A DNA stretch of 64,000 bases from an uncultured Acidobacteriota bacterium (GTDB lineage: Bacteria; Acidobacteriota; Thermoanaerobaculia; Thermoanaerobaculales; Sulfomarinibacteraceae). The notes under the pieces are model-generated. The model searched no databases. It saw nothing but the letters and a program-made list of their open reading frames with translations, and was not told the DNA's origin. Made by a program: the position numbers and the translations under genes. The DNA lies in NCBI GenBank assembly GCA_963714745.1, contig CAVQPK010000002.1, positions 2,239,531 to 2,303,530 on the forward strand, in the 5' to 3' direction. Each line of letters opens with the position of its first letter. The stretch's first letter is position 1. This document shows positions 9,101 through 14,859 of this stretch, in pieces.

Positions 9101-10253
9101 ACGGAAGGTGGTTCGGGTTGACGTCGACCTCCCACTCGTCGGAGACGCCCCGGATGTCTGGCGGCTCGAAGCCGGTCGCGATCGTGCGCTCGACCAGGTG
9201 ACGGGTGATGACGTGGCTGCGGCGCGCGGCGATGCCCTCGCCCAGCTTGGCCAGGCACTTGTAGAGCAGGAATCGGGTCGACGGCTCGCAGTCGCGGAGG
9301 TGTTCGCTGATCAGGTCGACCGCCCGCACGATGTCGTCCTCGCTGCCGGCGTCGCAGGCGGTCTTGATCGAGTAGTAGAGCGTGCGCAGGATCTCCATGC
9401 CGCGGTGGGAGAGCTCGGGCACGTCGGCGAGCGCGACGTAGAGCCCGATACGCTCGGCCGGGTTCACCACCTGGCCGGCGCCTTCGAGAGCGAGGTTGAG
9501 GAGGTCGTCGAGATTCGGGACCGCGTACACCGCCGGGGCTCCGTCCGTGGCGAGCCGGTCGCGGGCCGCCTCGACCGCCTCGCGGATCGGCGCCGCCACC
9601 TTGGCCGCGCTGTCCTCGGCATCCGTGCTCCGGCGCCGGCCTGAGAGGCCGGCCGAGCAGCTGAAGACCTCGAGGCCGCGCTCGACCACCCCCCGGTAGA
9701 GCTGCGCGAAGGCTCGGCCGGAGGCGCGTTCCGGGTCGAGCCGTGAGCCGACGCGCTTCATCAGTCCTGAAAAGGGCAGCACCGCCGTCACGTCGCGCTC
9801 GACCATCTTCGCGAGCTCCTCGAGCGCGGCGTCGAGGGCGGGTTCGAGCTGATCGCGGAAGCGCGACTCGTCGAGATGCGTCACCAGCTCGAGGTGGCTG
9901 CCGACCGCCGACTCGACGACCGCAGACGGCGGGGCCGCCCGGTAGAGCTCGGCGAGCAGCCTGGTCAGCAGCAGCGCGCACTCCAGCCGCGCCGGGCCGC
10001 GTTCGAGGTAGTGGAACATCCCGCCGCACAGGTTGCGCAGCTGGGTGGCGATCTCGGTCAGGTTGCGGTAGGGGTGGAAGAGCTCTGTGAGCAGCTTCTC
10101 GGCTGCGCGGCGAACCCCCCAGAAGGGCGCGACGGCCTCGAGGAGGATCCGGTAGTCGGCCGGGATCTCGACCTCGTGCCGGGTCTCTTCGAGATTGGCG
10201 CGCAGCGCCGAGGACGCCACCTCAGGGCTACGAGGGTCCGATCGGGTCGCCAT
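6144..10253 (-). CDS. PEP/pyruvate-binding (PPDK N-terminal-like ATP-grasp) plus PEP-utilizer swivel-His domain protein, with an unrecognised N-terminal region of about 875 aa
   Basis: Full listed ORF (1369 aa). The C-terminal third carries 'LSLGYKGFSLKRL', 'LSVRSGSAFSMPGMM', 'AVIVQEMKFGN', 'GSGVTFTRNP' and 'LTARGGFTSHAAVTAKRLG'. No PEP/pyruvate TIM-barrel domain follows. Confidence 0.85.
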   Translation of the reverse strand: MATRSDPRSPEVASSALRANLEETRHEVEIPADYRILLEAVAPFWGVRRAAEKLLTELFHPYRNLTEIATQLRNLCGGMFHYLERGPARLECALLLTRLLAELYRAAPPSAVVESAVGSHLELVTHLDESRFRDQLEPALDAALEELAKMVERDVTAVLPFSGLMKRVGSRLDPERASGRAFAQLYRGVVERGLEVFSCSAGLSGRRRSTDAEDSAAKVAAPIREAVEAARDRLATDGAPAVYAVPNLDDLLNLALEGAGQVVNPAERIGLYVALADVPELSHRGMEILRTLYYSIKTACDAGSEDDIVRAVDLISEHLRDCEPSTRFLLYKCLAKLGEGIAARRSHVITRHLVERTIATGFEPPDIRGVSDEWEVDVNPNHLPCVRAWLAIIESDPIQYEQLLSALVINLHLHGVFVSDTDLFQRDISALLNADIAHAFNLIMQLVGFFPVFFNEVGSEGELRDVSTRIDQLRQRQDPVIHYLRKQAHAESNNRLVGFARAVWSWWRTGDSLPLSGYLPPTILARLDPDVEWFRDMNRIAVALERQAGITEESLDSVDQQELERLIAAIAGVGEIDRERAALLVRLARLLEAKYTHSPDQLLTMLDGSPLVSVEVRSHFVAACLGDDHLEIVRAGNRVLAELKQTIVDTAVTEAEENIFHKRHIAAGIPSMYGTYREPKFDAMGLMIRTMKLVRPHLEALVAEFNYRYMTRQSIRDAHAILEQMLAGLRIAGLRVHHLSTKLDLLGRALALGNLSAEQYLNVFDFMSEALNGVVETNYLSLHNPNLRRMAGQLAARDGARGGPAADRVSEELFRALIASTYAIQEMDVFLRRILRTLRRMTANLSQRACGAVLGYTPSRLVSHLHDPVEPHEDQLSLGYKGFSLKRLAEIGLPVPPGFVISTELYHLEEALGDQDVAADTRERLIDAVRRVELATGRHLGDPDHPLVLSVRSGSAFSMPGMMLTILNVGLDPKVVEGMIRAGHPAWGAWDCYRRYLQNVAMAQGVPRDVFDDVMQRFKDRHGVGRKTAFTAEQMREMTLAYRKIGEEHQIELHDQPDEQLAQAIRLVTASWQSEPARLFRTQVGTSDDWGTAVIVQEMKFGNLGDESGSGVTFTRNPRTSTTGIGLFGDFTLRSQGEDVVGGLVRPYPVSEKQRQEYSPHLDMSLELAFPDVFDRLLQIASLLVNEHGYEHQEIEFTFESPDAAGLHLLQVRPMRLVRQHEVQVFARPATMRDHLLGTGIGVAGGAMVGRVAFTRDDVLALRGAHPGEKVILLRPDTVPEDIQLVVAVDGLLTARGGFTSHAAVTAKRLGICCVVNCSGLDVSESERSARIGDRTLAPGEVISIDGYQGTVSLGEHEVTTSALPYRLT

Positions 10254-10348
10254 GGGAACCTGGATCCCAGTATACGGTTACCCAGAACACACTCTCGCCG
10301 CCGGTCCCCGGGGCCGGCCGGTGCCGGGCCCCCGGCGCGGCCGGGGAG

Positions 10349-10801
10349 TCAGCGCTTCCGCATCCAGAGCTCGGTCCCGCCGCGCTCGAATCGGACCTCG
10401 TCCATCAACTGGTTGATCAGGAAGATGCCCCGACCGTGGCTGCGCATCAGGTTGTCGGCGGTGACCGGGCTCGGCAGCGAGGCGGGATCGAACCCGGGGC
10501 CGGGGTCTCGGATGATGATCAGCAGCCCCTGGTCGGGCTCGCAGGCGACCGTGATCTGGACCCGGCTCTCGGGGTCCTCGTGGCAGCCGTGCCGCACCGC
10601 GTTGGCCAGCGCCTCGAACAGCGCCACCTCGACCTCGTGCTCCTTTTCGCGAGCACATGCGAGATCCGAGATCGCCTCGAGGATCTGCTCGACCGCGGGT
10701 CCGATCGCCGCGATCTCCCCAGGGATGGTGAGCTCCAACCGCACCTCGAGGGCATCGAGGTCGATCGTGCGCGGTCCGTGTTCGGGTTCCTGCACGGTCA
10801 C
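10349..10801 (-). CDS. RsbW/SpoIIAB-like anti-sigma regulatory Ser kinase (HATPase_c_2-type)
   Basis: Full listed ORF (150 aa). Motifs: 'ALFEALANAVRHG', 'IIRDPGPGFDP', 'GRGIFLINQLMDEV'. Confidence 0.8.
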   Translation of the reverse strand: MTVQEPEHGPRTIDLDALEVRLELTIPGEIAAIGPAVEQILEAISDLACAREKEHEVEVALFEALANAVRHGCHEDPESRVQITVACEPDQGLLIIIRDPGPGFDPASLPSPVTADNLMRSHGRGIFLINQLMDEVRFERGGTELWMRKR

Positions 10802-10962
10802 GATCCGAAGGTCCGCTCGCGCTGCTGCGGCGCGGTTGGTGGGGCGATCGGGGCTGGGACCACGGGCTCCTCCTGGGACGGTGTCTCGGTTTCGCGGAAG
10901 AGAGGATACCGCGTTCCCCGATCGGGTGGAAGGGCGCGAGAGTTCGTCCCCTCGATGGCCGG

Positions 10963-11700
10963 TCAGAGGCGGAACCGCTGGACCAGGATCATGTCGTAGT
11001 GCGAGATGTCGAGATGCAGCCCCGAGCTCTCACGCCGGGACTCGCCGGGCGACTCCTGGGCGCCCCAGCCGTAGAGCGGCGAGAGGTGGTCCGCCAGCGA
11101 CCCCATGAGACGCTCGAACGCTCCGCTGCTTTCGTAGGCCCGCGCCCGCGCCTCGGACTCCCAGAGCGTGACCGAGAGCGCGCGCAGACGGTTGCGTTCG
11201 CCCTCGACCAGGAGCGCGGCGCGGCATCCGGGTGCGGCTTCGAGCACCGGGATCACGTCGTGCTCGTAATGCTGGCGGAAGGCGTCGAACTCGCCGCCCG
11301 CGATCTGCATCGAGACCACCCGCGCGTGGGGCGCGCGGGCGCCGTGGTCGGCGAGCAGGGCGTCGACACCCTTGGCGAGCTCGACCGTGTAGGTCTCGAC
11401 CGGAGGGTCGGGCACCGGCACCACGGTCGAGGGAGAGGTCGATTCGGTGCGCGTGCCCTCGAGGAACTCCTCGAAGCCGTCGAGAAGGCCGTCGTACTCC
11501 CCCGAGCGCTCGTAGCGCTCGGCGTGCTGCCTCTGCCTCCACAACGTCACCGAGAGGAAGTCCCCCGGGGTCGTGGAGGAGCGCAGGAGACCGGCAAAGA
11601 GGCAGCCTTCGACGTGCTCGAGGGTCGTCAAGACCTGCTCGGCGTAGAAACGCCGGAGGGGCTCCTCGGAGCTCTTGATCCGGACGAACCGCAGGTACAT
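10963..11700 (-). CDS. Tandem ABM (antibiotic biosynthesis monooxygenase / Dabb-fold) domain protein
   Basis: Met9 of ORF 10963..11724, with GGGAGG upstream. Two repeats of the pattern '...LSVTLW(R/E)...A(E/R)(R/A)YE(R/S)SG...'. Confidence 0.7.
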   Translation of the reverse strand: MYLRFVRIKSSEEPLRRFYAEQVLTTLEHVEGCLFAGLLRSSTTPGDFLSVTLWRQRQHAERYERSGEYDGLLDGFEEFLEGTRTESTSPSTVVPVPDPPVETYTVELAKGVDALLADHGARAPHARVVSMQIAGGEFDAFRQHYEHDVIPVLEAAPGCRAALLVEGERNRLRALSVTLWESEARARAYESSGAFERLMGSLADHLSPLYGWGAQESPGESRRESSGLHLDISHYDMILVQRFRL

Positions 11701-11977
11701 CGTGCCTCCCTGGTTGCGTCCCAAGTCGAAACCGCGATCCAGTCACAGAAACGTCTGAATCGATAGTAACCCGGATTACCCTGATTCGGCGATCGATCCG
11801 TTGCCGCGCCGGTCTGCGGACGCAGCCGACACCTCGTGAGCTGTCCGGGCTCGAGACCAGGAGCTCGGAAGCGAGGTGGGGATGAGCCGAGCGCGACGGG
11901 ATGGCCCAGGGGCACGACTTCGAGGGCGCTTTGGCACGGTCGGCCGGATCCCCCGCCCGGCGACCGTCGCGCCGAGG

Positions 11978-12451
11978 TCAGTGCGGCGTGAGCTTGTGGG
12001 AGGCGTGGTCGGCGAGACGCTCCGCGCGGCGGTCGGCGAGGGCGAGAATCCGGCGCAGGGTCCGGACCAGCTCGTCGGGATCCACCGGCTTGGTGACGAA
12101 CCCTTCGGGCGGGGACTCGGCGCGGTCGTAGATGACCTTGCGGAACTCCGGGTGGCCGGTGACCACGCAGACTGGGATCTCGCTGGTTTCGGCCGTCCGG
12201 CGAAGCTCGGTGAACGCCTCGATCCCGTCGTGGCCCGGCATCGACAGGTCGAGCGTGATCAGGTCGGGCTGAACCGCGGTCGCCACGGCAAGGGCCTCGT
12301 CGCCGTCGGCGGCCTCGCAGATCTCGGCTCCGGCGTCGGCGAAGACCGCGAGCAGGAAGGTGCGCACATCCTCCTCGTCGTCGACCACCAGGATGCGTCG
12401 ACCCGCGAGGGGACGGGAGTCCGGCCGGGCGTGCGGTTTGGAGGGTTCCAT
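11978..12451 (-). CDS. Single-domain response regulator (CheY-like receiver)
   Basis: Full listed ORF. Motifs: 'RILVVDDEEDVR', 'PDLITLDLSMPGHDG', 'VVTGH...KP'. Confidence 0.85.
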   Translation of the reverse strand: MEPSKPHARPDSRPLAGRRILVVDDEEDVRTFLLAVFADAGAEICEAADGDEALAVATAVQPDLITLDLSMPGHDGIEAFTELRRTAETSEIPVCVVTGHPEFRKVIYDRAESPPEGFVTKPVDPDELVRTLRRILALADRRAERLADHASHKLTPH

Positions 12452-12514
12452 CGTCCGTCTCCCTTCATCTGGGAATATCGGTCTGGAGGGCGGGGCTGTC
12501 GAATGCCTCGTCGC

Positions 12515-13198
12515 TCACCGCCAGCCGAGGCCTTCGAGTGCGTGCGGGAGGATCAGCTCGACCCACCGGGCGTACATCGTGCCCGAGGGATGCAGGCCGT
12601 CACCGGCGAGCAGGCCGCGGTTGTCGGCGGCCTCCCGGGAGATCGGGGTGACGTCCACGAACCGGGCGCCGCGGTGCAAGGTCTCCTCACGGCAGACGGC
12701 GTTGAAAGCGTCGATCTCAGCCGCCACCTGGCCGCGGTCACGGCCGCGCTCGACTGCGAAGGGGGTCACGCCCCAGTCGGGGATCGAGACCACGATCACC
12801 CGCCTCGGGTCCGCTCCGGTGGAGCCGATCGCGCGCTCCAAGAGCGCCACGAACACGGGTCGAAAGGCCTCCGCAGTCCCCCCGCGGTACTGGTCGTTGA
12901 CCCCGATCTGGAGTGTCACGAGATCGACCGGGACCCGCGGCGCAGCGCGGTCGATCCCCGCCGACAGCTCGGCCGCGGTCCAACCGGTGGTGGCGATGAC
13001 CAGGGGCCTTTCGAGTGGAACGCCTCGCTCGGCGAGTGCGGCGGCGAGCTGCGCGGGCCATCCCAGTTCGGTCGGCACGCCCTCGCCGGCGGTGTAGGAG
13101 TCGCCCAAGTGGAGGATTCGCGAGGGCGGCGACGACGAGACGACAGCTCCTTGCGCGGTGATCACGGCGAGGCAGAGCACGGTCAGGGCGAGCTTCAC
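12515..13198 (-). CDS. SGNH/GDSL hydrolase with signal peptide
   Basis: GTG (Val39 of ORF 12515..13312) preceded by GGAGG. Motifs: 'ILHLGDSYTAGEG', 'QIGVNDQ', 'DGLHPS'. The start coordinate was derived by codon counting from the ORF track. Confidence 0.8.
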   Translation of the reverse strand: MKLALTVLCLAVITAQGAVVSSSPPSRILHLGDSYTAGEGVPTELGWPAQLAAALAERGVPLERPLVIATTGWTAAELSAGIDRAAPRVPVDLVTLQIGVNDQYRGGTAEAFRPVFVALLERAIGSTGADPRRVIVVSIPDWGVTPFAVERGRDRGQVAAEIDAFNAVCREETLHRGARFVDVTPISREAADNRGLLAGDGLHPSGTMYARWVELILPHALEGLGWR

Positions 13199-13292
13199 TG
13201 AAACCTCCGTCCGGCGGGCGGGCCGGCTCCCGCGGCATGGTAGCGCGGACCCGTGCCGACGAAAACGAGGCGCCAGCCCGACTCGACTCCCG

Positions 13293-14051
13293 TCACGGCG
13301 ATGGTGGTGCACCCGCCGGGCCCGGGTCCGGCCGGTCCTGGTCCCCGGGAGTCGAAGTGCGCGACCGTTCCGCCTGCCAGCGGGCGCGCCTCTCCTCGAT
13401 CACCTCGGCAGCGGCCTCGACGTCGTCGACGCAGGTTGGCAGCGCCGCGTCCCCGGCGCCTGCATACGCCGGGTCGGTGTCGACCATGTGGCGGTTCGCC
13501 CAGGCCACCAGGTCGGCCCACATCGGACCGACCAGCACCAGCGGCACGTCCACCAGGTGGTGGACCTGGAGCAGCTGCCACACCATCACCAGCTCGAGGG
13601 TGGTGCCGATGCCGCCGGGAACCACCACGTAGGCGTCGGACATCCGGGCGAAGTGGTGCAGTCGCGAGAAGAAGTTCCGGTGGGTGTAGAGCTGCTCCAC
13701 GAAAGGGTTGGCGTGCTGCTCGAAGGGCAGGTCGATCCGGATTCCGACCGACGCGGTGCGGTCGTCGGGATCACCGAGCTGGGCGCCCTCGTTGGCGGCC
13801 TGCATCAGCCCGGGTCCGCCTCCGGTGATGAGGTCGCAGCCGGCGGCCGCCAACCGCTGGGAGAGCCGGCGCACGTCGGCGTAGAGCGGCGAGTCCGGCC
13901 GGACGCGTGACGAGCCGAAGAGGGTGACCCGGAACCGGTCCGCAACCGGCCGCACCTGGGAGAGCTGATTGGCCACCTCCCACAGGGCGAGCAGCGCGCG
14001 GTCGACGATCGCGACCGTGCGTTCGTTCTCCACCGCTGACGGGTGACCCAT
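13293..14051 (-). CDS. LOG family / TIGR00730 Rossmann-fold nucleotide-binding protein
   Basis: Met14 of ORF 13293..14090, with GAGGAGG upstream. Motifs: 'ITGGGPGLM', 'VVPGGIGTTLE'. Confidence 0.85.
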   Translation of the reverse strand: MGHPSAVENERTVAIVDRALLALWEVANQLSQVRPVADRFRVTLFGSSRVRPDSPLYADVRRLSQRLAAAGCDLITGGGPGLMQAANEGAQLGDPDDRTASVGIRIDLPFEQHANPFVEQLYTHRNFFSRLHHFARMSDAYVVVPGGIGTTLELVMVWQLLQVHHLVDVPLVLVGPMWADLVAWANRHMVDTDPAYAGAGDAALPTCVDDVEAAAEVIEERRARWQAERSRTSTPGDQDRPDPGPAGAPPSP

Positions 14052-14392
14052 GACGACCTCCTCACCGAGTCCGACGAAGGTACCATGCACCGTCCGGCCG
14101 ACCGCCCGGTCACCGCGGCCCCGCCGCGACGGCGGCGCGGGCGTGTCCGGAGGTGTCGAGCCGGAGGTGCGGCAGCCCTACGGCAAGCTCCTCGGAGGGG
14201 CAGCGCGCTGCGATCCCTCCGCGGCTCGACCAGCCGTTTGGTCGCGCAACCGGGTCCCGGTGCCGGCTCTTGCCGGCGTCTGGGGAGGCCGTCGTGCTGA
14301 GTCTCGGGGCCGCGTTCGAGCTGGAGCCCGCCGGGGAGCTGGTCCTAAGACCATTCATTGAAACATCTTCCGACCGTCAACAGTAAGAGGGC

Positions 14393-14421
14393 TTGACGAT
14401 GGGCGGAGCTGGTGCTAAATT
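14393..14421 (+). promoter_or_regulatory. Sigma70-like promoter of the blaI/blaR1-like operon
   Basis: TTGACG (14393-14398), a 17-nt spacer, TAAATT (14416-14421), in a locally AT-richer stretch 48 nt upstream of ATG 14469. Confidence 0.5.
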
Positions 14422-14423
14422 TC

Positions 14424-14448
14424 CAGCATGATGCTGAAAAATCAGCAT
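14424..14448 (+). promoter_or_regulatory. Candidate operator: palindrome CAGCAT-G-ATGCTG plus a third CAGCAT half-site
   Basis: 'CAGCATGATGCTG' (14424-14436) sits immediately after the -10. 'CAGCAT' recurs at 14443-14448. This position is typical for a BlaI/MecI/CopY-type autorepressor site. Confidence 0.4.
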
Positions 14449-14468
14449 CGATCCCGCGTGGAGGCGTC

Positions 14469-14858
14469 ATGGAACCGAAACCCCTCACCCACCTCAGCCG
14501 CCGGGAGAGCCAGATCATGGAGATCGTCTACGAGCTCGGCCGGGCGACCGTGGCCGAGATCCTCGAGCGGTTGCCCGAACCTCCGAGCTACTCGGCGGTG
14601 CGCGCGATCCTGCGGGTGCTCGAGGAGAAGGGCCACCTCGAGCACGAGCAGGACGGTCCGCGCTACGCCTTCGTGCCGACGGTCCCGCGGGAGGCGGCCC
14701 GCGCCTCGGCGCTTCGCCGCCTGGTCCGGACCTTCTTCGACGGATCGGCGGAGAGGGCCGCGGCTGCGCTCATCGATCTCGAGGCCGACGAGCTCGACGA
14801 GCAGGCTCTGCAGCGGTTGCGCGACAGGATCGAGCGCGCCCACCGGGAGGGCGAGTGA
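14469..14858 (+). CDS. BlaI/MecI/CopY family transcriptional repressor
   Basis: Met20 of ORF 14412..14858, with GGAGG upstream. Motifs: 'LSRRESQIMEIVYELGRATVAEILERL', 'YSAVRAILRVLEEKGHL'. Confidence 0.85.
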   Translation: MEPKPLTHLSRRESQIMEIVYELGRATVAEILERLPEPPSYSAVRAILRVLEEKGHLEHEQDGPRYAFVPTVPREAARASALRRLVRTFFDGSAERAAAALIDLEADELDEQALQRLRDRIERAHREGE

Positions 14859-14859
14859 G

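Noticed and set aside
6183-9644. Very long ORFs antisense to or out of frame with the PPDK-like gene: 6183..9644(+) at 1153 aa and 6253..10029(-) at 1258 aa.
   Set aside because: Their composition is dominated by Arg/Gly/Pro/Ala/Asp runs with no motifs. They fully overlap a frame that carries clear PPDK and swivel-His motifs. This is the expected shadow-ORF effect of GC3-rich coding.
6144-10253. Calling the 1369-aa protein a genuine pyruvate phosphate dikinase or PEP synthase.
   Set aside because: The ORF ends right after the swivel-His domain, so the PEP/pyruvate-binding TIM-barrel domain is missing. About 875 unrelated residues precede the nucleotide-binding part.
10261-10348. A TATACT -10-like hexamer (minus strand, 10269-10274) and a GC-rich hairpin between the RsbW-like gene and the PPDK-like gene, as an internal promoter or terminator.
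   Set aside because: No acceptable -35 element sits at 16-18 nt. The hairpin pairing is irregular and lacks a U-tract. The evidence is too weak to annotate.
13195-13312. A 1-nt discrepancy between my block-counted coordinates and the ORF-track frames around 13200-13260.
   Set aside because: This is most likely my own counting slip in a G/C run. I therefore derived internal start coordinates here by codon-counting from the ORF-track ends rather than claiming a sequence anomaly.
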